Source of the DNA: Thermoproteota archaeon
GTDB lineage: Archaea > Korarchaeota > Korarchaeia > Korarchaeales > Korarchaeaceae
Length of the DNA stretch: 64,000 bases
Reading direction: 5' to 3'
Assembly (NCBI GenBank): GCA_026986575.1
Contig: JALSOH010000004.1
Location: 96,001 to 160,000 of the forward strand
Positions within the stretch are counted from its first letter, which is position 1. The number at the start of each line of letters is the position of its first letter. Positions 36,576-46,038 of the stretch are shown in pieces. The notes beneath the pieces are model-generated. The model was not told the origin of the DNA and did not search any database. It worked only from the letters and a program-made list of their open reading frames with translations. The translations under genes and the position numbers were made by a program.

Positions 36576-37067
36576 GTGGTATGGATGTGCGACGCCAAGT
36601 TCCTTGTTGACTCAATGGGCGGGAAACTAGCGAAGTGGCTGAGACTACTGGGATGTGACACCGAGTATGTGGATCCCAGAGAGGAGGACTCCTTGATACT
36701 TAGGTCTTCAATCGGCAGGATACTGGTCACTAGGGATAGGGAACTTGTCAAGAGGGCGATTAACTACGGAATTAAGGTGGTAAATGTCCCTGAGCGATTG
36801 GAAGAGGCTCTGGCCATTCTATCAGCGAGCGCAGGGGTGAGGTTGAGGATCAATCCCAAGGAGAGCAGGTGCCCGTTCTGCAACACCAAGTTAGATATCA
36901 TCAAGAGGGCTCAAGTGGTCAAGGAGCTACCTAGGGAGGTCCTCCGCTCCCACATTAAGTTTCTAGTATGCCCGTCATGTGGAAATGTCTTCTGGTTCGG
37001 GACGCATTACTGGAATATGCTCAAGACCCTATCCAAGGTAAAGAAGAAAAGGCGTTCCCTCCAATAG
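36576..37067 (+). CDS. Mut7-C RNase domain protein
   Basis: FLVDSM.GKLAKWLRLLG.DT, LVTRD, RCPFCN, CPSCG..FWFGTHY. Confidence 0.9.
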   Translation: MVWMCDAKFLVDSMGGKLAKWLRLLGCDTEYVDPREEDSLILRSSIGRILVTRDRELVKRAINYGIKVVNVPERLEEALAILSASAGVRLRINPKESRCPFCNTKLDIIKRAQVVKELPREVLRSHIKFLVCPSCGNVFWFGTHYWNMLKTLSKVKKKRRSLQ

Positions 37068-37071
37068 TCTA

Positions 37072-37135
37072 GGGGACCGGTGATGACAGGTGACGGCAAT
37101 GATTCGTGAGAAAACTGACCTACTCTGAGGTCCTC
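37072..37135 (+). ncRNA. C/D-box sRNA (predicted 16S rRNA 2'-O-methylation guide)
   Basis: Box C GTGATGA 37080-86, box D CTGA 37125-28, terminal stem ggacc/ggtcc, guides complementary to the 16S in this window. Confidence 0.75.
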
Positions 37136-37217
37136 CCATACAATTCGAGTCAGACCAAAGGAATTTATGTAGCTCTCCTCTCCCCCTCGGGGTGATATCA
37201 CGGATAGACTATCGCTA

Positions 37218-38336
37218 GTGCTAAGGGGCGTGGCGGAGCCGCTGGATGAGTTCGTCATGACTCTGGATGAGATAAAGGAGTTGCTCAAGACGGGACGGCA
37301 TAACACATACGTGGGTTATGAGCCATCCGGCCCGATCCATTTAGGTACGCTCATCACGCTCTATAAGCTGAAGGATATGGTAGAAGCGGGATTTCACGCA
37401 ATAGCTTTAATGGCGGATATCCATGCGATCCTCAATTTGAAGGGGCCTAGAGAGCTTATAGAGGAGGTTTCGATGACCTACTGGAAGACGGTGTTCCATG
37501 AGCTTGGCTCTCCAGAAATAGAGATAAAACTCGGTAGTAGCTTCGAACTGTCTCCCGACTATGTTTTAGACCTCCTATCGCTATCTCAGAGGGTAACTGC
37601 TAGAAGGGCCTGGAGGGCCATGTCGATAATAGCTAGAGAGCAGGAGGACCCCCTAGTATCCCACCACATCTATCCTTTGATGCAGGCCCTTGACATCCTG
37701 TACCTCCGGGTCAAGGTGGCCATCGGAGGGACAGATCAGAGAAAAATACATGCCCTAGCTAGGGACATATTCTCGACGAATGTTCCCCTCAGGGTTGAGA
37801 AATACGTACCGTCAGCCATACACACCCCGCTGCTGACGGGGCTGACGGGGGGTAAGATGAGTAGCAGCATTCCCAAGTCGCACATAGCCGTTCACGATCC
37901 ACCTGAGATCATAAGGGAGAAGATAAAGCACGCTTACTGCCCTCCCGGATCTGAAGACCAATATGATGAGGAGGGCAGATTGAAGAACCCGATACTGGGC
38001 ATAATGAGGTATATAATACTTCCAAGATCCGGAAGCGTCATCCTGCCGAAGTCTAAGGCCGCTGGTGGTGGAGAGATCGAGATTTCCAGCTATGAAGAGT
38101 TGGAGAGCAGTTACAGGAGAGGCGAGATACATCCGCTGGACTTGAAGAACTTTGTGGCTGAGTATCTGGTGGACGAATTCGCTGGATTGAGGGAGAAGTT
38201 GGTGTCCGATAGTGGGTTGATAGAGCCTCTCTACAGGCTGCAGAAGTGGCAGAAAGAGAGAGGTTTGTTCGGGGACTTGGAGTGGAAGGAGGTCCTCAGA
38301 TCATACCGCCCCTACTTGGGAGACTCTATCTCATAA
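37218..38336 (+). CDS. tyrS: Tyrosyl-tRNA synthetase
   Basis: YVGYEPSGPIHLG, YPLMQALD, GGTDQRKIH, KMSSS. Confidence 0.95.
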   Translation: MLRGVAEPLDEFVMTLDEIKELLKTGRHNTYVGYEPSGPIHLGTLITLYKLKDMVEAGFHAIALMADIHAILNLKGPRELIEEVSMTYWKTVFHELGSPEIEIKLGSSFELSPDYVLDLLSLSQRVTARRAWRAMSIIAREQEDPLVSHHIYPLMQALDILYLRVKVAIGGTDQRKIHALARDIFSTNVPLRVEKYVPSAIHTPLLTGLTGGKMSSSIPKSHIAVHDPPEIIREKIKHAYCPPGSEDQYDEEGRLKNPILGIMRYIILPRSGSVILPKSKAAGGGEIEISSYEELESSYRRGEIHPLDLKNFVAEYLVDEFAGLREKLVSDSGLIEPLYRLQKWQKERGLFGDLEWKEVLRSYRPYLGDSIS

Positions 38337-38380
38337 GGGGGATTCCCCCGAAATTTTTAGGGGAGATATGGTCAGAAGAG

Positions 38381-38448
38381 GGGGCTGTGATGATAGCTCC
38401 ACAGACGGATTATCACGAAAATGAGGAGACTCTCCGCTCCTGAGCCCC
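38381..38448 (+). ncRNA. C/D-box sRNA (predicted 23S rRNA 2'-O-methylation guide)
   Basis: Terminal stem ggggct/agcccc, box C GTGATGA, D' CGGA, C' ATGAGGA, D CTGA; guide agctccacag is the exact complement of 23S 52421-52430. Confidence 0.85.
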
Positions 38449-38483
38449 CTTGATCGAGAAAATTGAGGGGTCGAGGAGATAGG

Positions 38484-39368
38484 TCAGGAGACCTTCTCCT
38501 GCAGGGCCTTGGCGGCAGCCGCCGCCCTCCTTATCAGCAGAGGTATGGTCTTGTCGCTGAGCCACGCAGCCTCTAGGGCCAGAGCTAAAGCCCTCGCGAC
38601 AGCCCTCTCCGTGAGAGGTCTCACTGTGTGCCTGTTTATCTCGCCCATCTCCAAGGCCAAGTTCAGGGCGGCAGAGTGGGCCCTGACGACCATCTCTATT
38701 ATGTCCTCCTTGGTGATCGAGAGGAGTTCCGGTAGGTAGAGAAGCCCGTCCTCGTCTATAGCCGCGGTCACCTTGAAACCGACCTTCAGGGGCTTTATGT
38801 TGAGGTTCCTGAGTAAGTCAGCAACCTGTGGGGAGGCGGTCTCACCTTTCTTAAGTATCGTAAAGTCCTCTGATATCGCTATCTTGCCCCCCTGTATCTT
38901 AGTGGGTATCCCCATGGCTCTTAGATCTGTGAGAATAGGTCCAGGAGCTATGTCCGTGGGTCCCTTAGGTATGATTACGTCCTCCTCAGCTACGTCGCCG
39001 GGTTTGAGGAAGACCTCTGCCTTTCTCTCGGTTACTAGCCTGTAGGTCTCGAACGGGTCTTTCTTGCTGAAAATAGCGACTAAGCTCATCGGCATTCTCT
39101 TGACTAACTCTTGGATGCCCTTCCTGTCCATTTTCTCGGCTGCCTTCTGAACAAGCCTCTTCTTTATCACGAAGAACTTTATGTCAGGAGCCAGCTCTTT
39201 TCTCACCCGCTGAAAATGATCAGCTGGCACCCTAGCGAAGTCAGCCAGCATTATAGTGGGGTACTCCTTGGCTAGCTCTATGAACCTCTCCATCATCTTA
39301 GCTTTCCTTATCCTCTGAGGACTCTGCTTCCTCCTTACCTCTCCAGTAACGGTTGACATGGGGATCAC
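38484..39368 (-). CDS. rpl10: 50S ribosomal protein L10 (P0)
   Basis: KPGDVA..DV.IPKGPT...PGP, GIPTKI..GKI, LNIKP. Confidence 0.93.
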   Translation of the reverse strand: MIPMSTVTGEVRRKQSPQRIRKAKMMERFIELAKEYPTIMLADFARVPADHFQRVRKELAPDIKFFVIKKRLVQKAAEKMDRKGIQELVKRMPMSLVAIFSKKDPFETYRLVTERKAEVFLKPGDVAEEDVIIPKGPTDIAPGPILTDLRAMGIPTKIQGGKIAISEDFTILKKGETASPQVADLLRNLNIKPLKVGFKVTAAIDEDGLLYLPELLSITKEDIIEMVVRAHSAALNLALEMGEINRHTVRPLTERAVARALALALEAAWLSDKTIPLLIRRAAAAAKALQEKVS

Positions 39369-40057
39369 CTCCTCTTAGTGTAGGATATAGGGAGCTCGTA
39401 CGCTGGACCCATCGTCGTCTTCACATACACCTTGGCTATCTTGGAGGGATCCTCGTATTTCCTCTCTATCACGGATAGTACCGCCTTTATATTTTCCAGT
39501 AGTTCCTCGGGAGTCATGTTCCTAGATCCCACCTTCACATGAACCACGGGCTGATCCTTCATCCTTATCCTCACGGACCTCCTCAGCTTCTCTATCATGG
39601 CAGGTAGCTGAGATACCGCCGCTGCTGGGAGATTAACCGGCATCTTGTTTCTAGGACCGAAGACGGGACCTATGTACCTGACTATCCTAGGCAGGATGTC
39701 GGCTTGAGCTATGAAGAATTCGTACTCATTTGCTAGCTTTTTCAGTGCCCTCTTGTTACCGGCTAGTGTCTCTATCTCCTCCGGCTCAATTACCCTATCT
39801 GCTCCAGCCTCTTTAGCCTTGACCGCGAACTCCCCTTTCCCTATCACAGCTACCTTGATGGGCCTGTTCCTCGGCGGGTGAGGCAGCTCTACTATCTCGT
39901 TTATCTTCGCATTGGGATTCCTCTTGAGGTCTATTCCCCTGAGGAGGACCACTATATCAACAGCCTCGGTGAACCTCCTCTTAGGACTTTTCTCAAGCAT
40001 TTCAGAGATTACCTTCAACACCTCGTCTTCAATCAACACCTGAGACATCTCAACCAC
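39365..40057 (-). CDS. rpl1: 50S ribosomal protein L1
   Basis: RRFTEAVD, LPH, GPRNKMP, VYVKTTMGP. Confidence 0.96.
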   Translation of the reverse strand: MVEMSQVLIEDEVLKVISEMLEKSPKRRFTEAVDIVVLLRGIDLKRNPNAKINEIVELPHPPRNRPIKVAVIGKGEFAVKAKEAGADRVIEPEEIETLAGNKRALKKLANEYEFFIAQADILPRIVRYIGPVFGPRNKMPVNLPAAAVSQLPAMIEKLRRSVRIRMKDQPVVHVKVGSRNMTPEELLENIKAVLSVIERKYEDPSKIAKVYVKTTMGPAYELPISYTKRR

Positions 40058-40541
40058 CTATTACCTCATCCCAAGCTCCAGAATCTATTTCTCTCTGAAT
40101 CTCACGGGGGTCCTTCCCTTCCACGGTTACGCCCATAGATAGAGCCGTCCCCAATACCTGCTTCACCATCTTTTTGAGATCACTCGTATTAGCGTTCTCT
40201 AGTTTGGTCCTGGCTATCTTCACCACCTGATCCATCTTGAGATCTCCAATCCTCTTGGAGCCCGGATCGGAAGATCCCTTCTCCGCTCCCAATTCCCTGA
40301 GGATGAGCATGGAGGTAGGGGGAGTTCCTACCCTGACTTCGAACTCCTTACTCTCTAGGTCGATCTCTATCTCCACCGGAACCTTCATGCCAGCGTACTC
40401 CTTGGTCTTATCGTTTATCTCCTTGACCACGAGCCCCATGTTGAGGCCTAGACCTCCCAACGCGGGACCCAGTGGAGGACCGGGTGTGGCCTTTCCACCC
40501 TCTATCATAACCTTAACTACCTTCTTAGGCACTCTGAGCAC
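40050..40541 (-). CDS. rpl11: 50S ribosomal protein L11
   Basis: GGKATPGPPLGPALG, GTALSMGV. Confidence 0.96.
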   Translation of the reverse strand: MLRVPKKVVKVMIEGGKATPGPPLGPALGGLGLNMGLVVKEINDKTKEYAGMKVPVEIEIDLESKEFEVRVGTPPTSMLILRELGAEKGSSDPGSKRIGDLKMDQVVKIARTKLENANTSDLKKMVKQVLGTALSMGVTVEGKDPREIQREIDSGAWDEVIGG

Positions 40542-41034
40542 CTCCCTCAGCCTCTTCTCCCTTCTTCTCTACCAGTTTCACGTTTGTTAGGGGCATTTTT
40601 ATCTCCCAGTCCCTGTCTATGTCCAACAACTTCAGGGTGAGCATCTTTCCCCTGCCACCCTCAGGGACCGAGAGCACGACGGCCCTATAGCCTTTGAAAT
40701 TCCCTTTAATAATCTTCACTATATCCCCAGGCTCTATCTCTATAGCAGCCGTTTCGGAGGCAATCAAGTTCTCTATCTCTTGGAGTGGAATGGGGCTCGT
40801 TGATGCGAGTTTAACCTTGGTAAGGCCCCTAATTAGCCTCCTAACCTCGTACTCCCTGTCTGACTCGATGAACAGATACCCCTTGAACTTCGGTATGAAG
40901 AGAATGGACTTTACCTTGGCTCCCGTAGAGGATACCCTCGCCATGAGCAGGCGTATTATGTTTATTTCTTTTCCTGAAACTATTCTGACTGGAAAAAAGA
41001 GTGCCTGGGATTGCTGGCTCTCCATCCTAGCCAC
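40525..41034 (-). CDS. spt5: Transcription elongation factor Spt5
   Basis: G.E, KGYLFIE, KOW PGDIVKIIKGNFKG; secE-spt5-rpl11 synteny. Confidence 0.9.
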   Translation of the reverse strand: MARMESQQSQALFFPVRIVSGKEINIIRLLMARVSSTGAKVKSILFIPKFKGYLFIESDREYEVRRLIRGLTKVKLASTSPIPLQEIENLIASETAAIEIEPGDIVKIIKGNFKGYRAVVLSVPEGGRGKMLTLKLLDIDRDWEIKMPLTNVKLVEKKGEEAEGGAQSA

Positions 41035-41236
41035 CCACTAGGTAGAGCGCCGCTAGCTGGAACAGGAAGCCTATTACACCGACTATAAGGAAGCCCGTCA
41101 CGGTCACCTTGAACGTGCTCCACACCTCTTCCCAGCTCGGTTTCTCCGCGACCTTGAGCGTCTGGACTATGTAATCCCACAGTCCAGACCTGCTTTTGGT
41201 GGGCTGCTTACCTCTCTGATCCCTCTTCCTAGGCAT
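41027..41236 (-). CDS. secE: Protein translocase subunit SecE/Sec61gamma
   Basis: LKVAEKPSWEE + TM GFLIVGVIGF. Confidence 0.9.
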   Translation of the reverse strand: MPRKRDQRGKQPTKSRSGLWDYIVQTLKVAEKPSWEEVWSTFKVTVTGFLIVGVIGFLFQLAALYLVGG

Positions 41237-41246
41237 GGGACATCCC

Positions 41247-42452
41247 TCACAACTCATCCAGACCCAAGTCCCTTTCCGGTCCCCTTACCTCTCTAGCTAG
41301 AGGTACAGTCCTCCTATCTGAGACTATTCTCCTCGGAGCCGTGGGCCTCTCTACTCTCACCCTAGTGGCCCTCTCAGCGGTCGCCTCGGCGACCTCACCT
41401 TGGAGGGCAGCCTCAACACTAGGAGATGCTACTCCGGTAACCACCAAGAGAACTTGAACTACTCCCTTGAGGGACTCGTCTATCCTAGCCCCCCATATGA
41501 CATTGGCGGTCGGGTCCAAAGATCCCACTATGGTTTCCACGATCTGTTCCATCTCCTCGAGGGAGAAGTCCGGCCCTGATGTGATGTTTATGATGGCCGC
41601 CTTACCACCTGAGATATCGGCCTCGAGTAAGGGGTTACCTAGAGCATCCTCAACGGCCTCTATTGCCCTGTTCTCTCCATCGCTCTCTCCGAATGAGAGA
41701 ACTGCCGGGCCTCCATTCTCCAAGACGTTTCTGAGGTCGGCCAAGTCTACGTTTATCAGACCGGGCTTCATCACAAGCTCGACCATGCCCTTGACGGCCC
41801 TAGCTACAATTTCGTCCGAAATGAAGAACGCTTGATGCAGAGGAAGCTCTTTTGCTATATCCAGTATCCTATCGTTGTTAACCACCACTATAGTATCCGA
41901 GGATTCCGCCAGTTTGGCAAGTCCCTTCATGGCTATCTCCTTCTTCTTAGTTCCTTCCGCTGAGAATGGCAGTGTAACGACGGAAACCACAACGGCTCCT
42001 ACCCTCTTCCCGACCTCAGCTATCACAGGGGAAGCGCCCGTGCCAGTTCCCCCTCCCAGCCCGGCCATTATGAAGAGTACATCGGTACCCCTGAGGAACT
42101 GCTCTAGCTCCTCCATGCTCTCCCTAGCGGCCTCTTCACCTATATGCGGGTCACCACCTGATCCATTCCCGCCGCATAGCTCTTTACCCAAGAGGAATTT
42201 TCTATCGGCAATGGTGGTCAGGAGGTGCTGGGCGTCAGTGTTGACGGCCACTGTCTCCACAGAATCGACGCCTATCGCGTTAAGTCTGGTGATTGTATTA
42301 CTCCCAGCCCCACCTACGCCCATTATTACTATCCTAGCTTTAACTCTCTCCACGAAGTCCTTCAAAGCAGAATCTTCTGGGGATACCTTCTGGGGGATCT
42401 CCCGTACCTCCTCCTCAACTCTGCGTGTAGCAGATCTCACTATGGACTTCAA
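41247..42452 (-). CDS. ftsZ: Cell division protein FtsZ (FtsZ1-like)
   Basis: GVGGAG, VNTDAQHL, GLGGGTGTG, INVDLAD, IWGA; ftsZ-secE synteny. Confidence 0.96.
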   Translation of the reverse strand: MKSIVRSATRRVEEEVREIPQKVSPEDSALKDFVERVKARIVIMGVGGAGSNTITRLNAIGVDSVETVAVNTDAQHLLTTIADRKFLLGKELCGGNGSGGDPHIGEEAARESMEELEQFLRGTDVLFIMAGLGGGTGTGASPVIAEVGKRVGAVVVSVVTLPFSAEGTKKKEIAMKGLAKLAESSDTIVVVNNDRILDIAKELPLHQAFFISDEIVARAVKGMVELVMKPGLINVDLADLRNVLENGGPAVLSFGESDGENRAIEAVEDALGNPLLEADISGGKAAIINITSGPDFSLEEMEQIVETIVGSLDPTANVIWGARIDESLKGVVQVLLVVTGVASPSVEAALQGEVAEATAERATRVRVERPTAPRRIVSDRRTVPLAREVRGPERDLGLDEL

Positions 42453-42632
42453 TACACATCCCCTTCTCGCTCTTATTTCTCTCTTAGGATGGTGTCAATT
42501 CCCTATTTAAAGTAAGGCATATGGTTCGACGATGCGCTTCCATGCGATTGATTGAATTGAGCACCTAACCGGAGATGATTCCGGTCACATGTGGGACAAT
42601 GTTTATTAAACCTTCAGTGGCTCCCTACGATT

Positions 42633-42708
42633 GGGCCCGTAGCTCAGATGGTAGAGCGCCGGCTTTGCAAGCCGGAGGTCCCGGGTTCGAGTCCCGGCGG
42701 GTCCACCA
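42633..42708 (+). tRNA. tRNA-Ala(UGC)
   Basis: ccggc-tt-TGC-aa-gccgg; G3-U70; CCA encoded. Confidence 0.95.
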
Positions 42709-42797
42709 ACCTTAACTTCCTGAAAAGAGCCCTACCGCCTTATGTCGATATCTCATCATGTAGAGCCAACCGGCCTATCGAGGGCGAGCAGTCAGAA

Positions 42798-42873
42798 TGG
42801 GGCCGGGGCCGGGATTTGAACCCGGGTTAAGGGCTCCACAGGCCCCCAGGTTACCAGGCTACCTCACCCCGGC
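42798..42873 (-). tRNA. tRNA-His(GUG)
   Basis: ggggc-ct-GTG-ga-gccct; C73; CCA encoded. Confidence 0.93.
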
Positions 42874-42879
42874 AAGTAG

Positions 42880-42956
42880 TGGTGCGGCCGCCGGGATTTG
42901 AACCCGGGTCTGGGGCGTGGCAGGCCCCCATCCTGTCCAGGCTAGACTACGGCCGC
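42880..42956 (-). tRNA. tRNA-Gly(GCC)
   Basis: GCC anticodon loop ct-GCC-ac; gcggccg acceptor stem; CCA encoded. Confidence 0.95.
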
Positions 42957-43009
42957 CAGCCCTATAGCAAGCGATCGTGTATTTAAGCATTAATTCCTCG
43001 AGATGGGAG

Positions 43010-43669
43010 ATGATCAGGGTATTTTTGGTGGAATCATCTTTAACAAAAATCCCGGAAGAGTTAAAGAACGATAGGATAAGGAGGTCATATACCAAAGTGT
43101 ATGGGAAGTTCTACGATGTCTTGGACATCCAAGCGCTGCCTCCCCAAGCTAGAGTCGGCATGGGACCCAAGGAGGGCAGACCGGACATAGTCCACAGATC
43201 TGTGCTTTCAGTAACCGATCATCCCCTCTTCCTTATGGGACAAATCGAGTTCTACATGCACACCTTGGATGGTAGGATATTCCGCTTCTCCAAGGAGGTC
43301 AGGCCCCCTCGCAACTACATAAGGTTCCTCGGTTTGATGAGTAAATTGCTCGACGAGGGGTGGGTGGGTCCGAGCGAGGATGAACCACTCATATGGGAGG
43401 TGAACGAGAGATTAGGAGATTTGGTAAGTGACCAGGCAATACTCCTAGAGGAAGGTGGAGAGTTCAGAGATCCCTTAGCCTACTTGAGAGACTTAGTGAA
43501 GAGGGGAGACGTATCGATTATGGTTGGCGGGTTCCCTCAGGGATCTTTTTCTGATGATGTCATATCGCTCGCTAGAGGCATATTCAGCCTATATAGGGGA
43601 GTGTTGTCCTCTTCAACGGCTCTCTCCATGGTGCTCACCTACCTCTACTACTTGGAGGTATGGAGATGA
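43010..43669 (+). CDS. nep1: rRNA pseudouridine methyltransferase Nep1/Emg1
   Basis: GRPDIVH, RPPRNYIRFLGLM, VGGFP.G.F. Confidence 0.93.
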   Translation: MIRVFLVESSLTKIPEELKNDRIRRSYTKVYGKFYDVLDIQALPPQARVGMGPKEGRPDIVHRSVLSVTDHPLFLMGQIEFYMHTLDGRIFRFSKEVRPPRNYIRFLGLMSKLLDEGWVGPSEDEPLIWEVNERLGDLVSDQAILLEEGGEFRDPLAYLRDLVKRGDVSIMVGGFPQGSFSDDVISLARGIFSLYRGVLSSSTALSMVLTYLYYLEVWR

Positions 43670-44010
43670 GGAGGAAAGCCAAGGAAAGGGAGAAGGACCT
43701 TGCTAAGCAAAGGATAACGAGGTTGCTCAGGTTGGCCGATGAGGTATACCCTAGCGAACCTGAACTCGGACTCCGGTATGGAGAGCTGGCCAGAAGGTTG
43801 GCTCTAAGAACAAAAGCGAGGATACCCGAGCAATGGAAGTGGAGGTACTGCAGGAGATGTGGGTCCTTCCTTTACCCTGGAATAAGCGCTGATATTAGGA
43901 CGAGAGATCGCAGGCTTCCTCACCTAGTGATCAGATGTCAGTTATGCGGTGAGATGAGGAGAATCCCCTATCTAAGGGAGAAGAGGGCCAAGAGAGCGGC
44001 ATCTCGTTGA
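43660..44010 (+). CDS. rnp4: RNase P protein Rpp21
   Basis: LA.QRI..L, YCRRC..LYPG, CQLCG..RRIP. Confidence 0.93.
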   Translation: MEMRRKAKEREKDLAKQRITRLLRLADEVYPSEPELGLRYGELARRLALRTKARIPEQWKWRYCRRCGSFLYPGISADIRTRDRRLPHLVIRCQLCGEMRRIPYLREKRAKRAASR

Positions 44011-44111
44011 GTAGGGGGGTCATGCGAGGACACCTTGGTAGGCCTCAACTTCCCTAATGGTTTTATATGCCACGCCTGCAGTAGCTTGTTGAAGGTCTAA
44101 CGGAGAAAAGG

Positions 44112-44579
44112 GTGATGAGCTTGCCTACAGCTAGGGATGTAAGGGCTGACCTGCTGATAGACCGCCTCAAGGAGGAGCTTAAGAAGTTCGAATCGATAAG
44201 GCCACCTGAATGGGCTTTCTACACGAAAACGGGAGTGCATAAGGAGAGACCCCCGGTCCAAGAGGACTGGTGGTACATTAGGGCTGCCTCCATATTAAGG
44301 ACCCTTTACATGAGGGGAGGAAGGCCTGTCGGTGTAGAGAGGCTCAGAACAAAGTATGGAGGCAGGAAAGATAGGGGAGTAAGACCAGAGAGGTTCGTTA
44401 AGGGAAGTGGGCATGTGATACGGCTCATTCTCCAGCAGCTGGAGGCTGCTGATCTAGTAGAGAAGGTGGAAAGGAAGGGTAGGAGGATAACGCCGAAGGG
44501 AGTCTCTCTCTTGGATAAGACAGCCGCCGGAATAATCAAGGAGATTGAGTTGATTCCAGGAAAGGTGGAAGCGCCATGA
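44112..44579 (+). CDS. rps19e: 30S ribosomal protein S19e
   Basis: PPEWA..KTG..KERPP..DWWYIRAAS. Confidence 0.97.
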   Translation: MMSLPTARDVRADLLIDRLKEELKKFESIRPPEWAFYTKTGVHKERPPVQEDWWYIRAASILRTLYMRGGRPVGVERLRTKYGGRKDRGVRPERFVKGSGHVIRLILQQLEAADLVEKVERKGRRITPKGVSLLDKTAAGIIKEIELIPGKVEAP

Positions 44580-44902
44580 GTGCCGAGGATAGGGCGCTTA
44601 AGGAGATACAGGAGAAGTTGATGGCCGAGATGGCGGCTAAGCAGAGTAAAGAGGAGGAAGTAGCCAAGGAACTCCAGAAGATAGATGCTCTCGTTAAGCA
44701 ACTCCTGACCAATGAGGCTTGGCAGAGGCTCAAGAGGGTGGAGCTAGTTAAACCCGACCTAGCCAATGAGGTAAAGTTATATTTGGTTCAACTTTATACC
44801 GCCGGTCGGCTAGCTAGGAGACTGACCGACGATGAGTTGAAGGCCCTGCTGGCCCAGCTCTCGGAGAGGGCCAAGAGGGATTTCAACATAAGGATAGTGT
44901 AA
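44576..44902 (+). CDS. PDCD5-like DNA-binding protein
   Basis: LTNEAWQRL.RV.LVKPDLA, TDDELK.LL. Confidence 0.9.
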   Translation: MSAEDRALKEIQEKLMAEMAAKQSKEEEVAKELQKIDALVKQLLTNEAWQRLKRVELVKPDLANEVKLYLVQLYTAGRLARRLTDDELKALLAQLSERAKRDFNIRIV

Positions 44903-44921
44903 GTAAGTATAGGTGATAACT

Positions 44922-45074
44922 ATGGCGACTAATAGGCCTCTGGGGAGTAAGCTGAGATATGCTAGGGCCCTCAAGAGTAATAAGAGGGTTCCTGCTTGGG
45001 TCTACGCGAGGACTAACAGGAAGGTCAGGGCCAGACCCCTCAGGAACTGGAGGAGGAGCAGGCTCCAACTGTGA
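44922..45074 (+). CDS. rpl39e: 50S ribosomal protein L39e
   Basis: Not in ORF track; ...KSNKRVPAWVYART...RNWRRSRLQL. Confidence 0.95.
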   Translation: MATNRPLGSKLRYARALKSNKRVPAWVYARTNRKVRARPLRNWRRSRLQL

Positions 45075-45085
45075 GGTGATCTTCT

Positions 45086-45358
45086 ATGGCTGAGGTGAAG
45101 GAAGTGGCCTTCAACATAAATATGGGGATCCTCATAAGGGCGAAGTATCCTCCCAAGAAGAGAGCGGCGAGGGCCGTGAAGTTCATCAAGGCCTTCGTCA
45201 GGAGGCATGCGAGAATCCCTGAAGAATACGAGATAAAGGTCAGACCGGAATTAAACGAGCTCCTGTGGTCTAGAGGAGCTGGAAATCCACCTGGTAAGGT
45301 GAGAGTGCGCGTTGTATTGGACGAGGATGAGAAAACAGCTGTCATATGGCCGGCTTAG
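45086..45358 (+). CDS. rpl31e: 50S ribosomal protein L31e
   Basis: KRAARAVKFI, LNE.LWSRG..NPP. Confidence 0.95.
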   Translation: MAEVKEVAFNINMGILIRAKYPPKKRAARAVKFIKAFVRRHARIPEEYEIKVRPELNELLWSRGAGNPPGKVRVRVVLDEDEKTAVIWPA

Positions 45359-45366
45359 GGATTTAG

Positions 45367-46038
45367 ATGGTGGTTTTCAGGGTAAAGATCTTCGGCAGCT
45401 ACAACTTAGGGGTTTACTTGAGGGCGGTGGGCCCTTACCTGCTGGCCCCGCCCAACGCCTCGCAGGTGATTGGCGAGGAGGTAGAGGAGATAGGTCTGAG
45501 GATAGTCGAGACCTCGATTTATGATAGTAGGATGTTGGGTATATTCTTGACTGGGAATAGCAGGTCCCTGCTGGTCCCTCCCATAGTATCAGAAGGCGAG
45601 ATAAGATACCTCAGGGAGAAGTTGAATTTGGAAGTTCATGTGCTTCCCTCGGCCAGACTGACTGCCTTGGGAAATGATATAGTGGTGAACGATTACGGGG
45701 CCCTAGTGCACCCCCTCTTCACGGACGACGAGGTGGATCTCATAAGCAAGTTCCTTGGAGTCAAGGCGATCAAGGGGAGGATAGGTGGTGTCCCCGTGGT
45801 CGGCTCCCTGGTGGTGGTCAATAACAAGGGATGCCTGATCTCCCCCTCAGCCGATGATGCCGAGCTGAGGGGCGCCTCCGAGATCCTAGGCGTGGAGTGC
45901 CTCAGGGGCACAGTCAACGATGGCGTTGGCTATATAAGGCTGGGACTAGTGGCCAGCGACTCTGGTGCCTTGGTTGGCTATCCCACCACCCCTATGGAGA
46001 TAGAGAACCTAGCGGAAGCTCTTAATATTGAACCATGA
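45367..46038 (+). CDS. eif6: Translation factor aIF6
   Basis: TALGNDIVVND.GALVHP, VGS, GTVN. Confidence 0.95.
   Translation: MVVFRVKIFGSYNLGVYLRAVGPYLLAPPNASQVIGEEVEEIGLRIVETSIYDSRMLGIFLTGNSRSLLVPPIVSEGEIRYLREKLNLEVHVLPSARLTALGNDIVVNDYGALVHPLFTDDEVDLISKFLGVKAIKGRIGGVPVVGSLVVVNNKGCLISPSADDAELRGASEILGVECLRGTVNDGVGYIRLGLVASDSGALVGYPTTPMEIENLAEALNIEP

Noticed and set aside
42715-42797. Minus-strand ATGATGA and CTGA near tRNA-His
   Set aside because: Boxes are in the wrong order, with no terminal stem or clear target.
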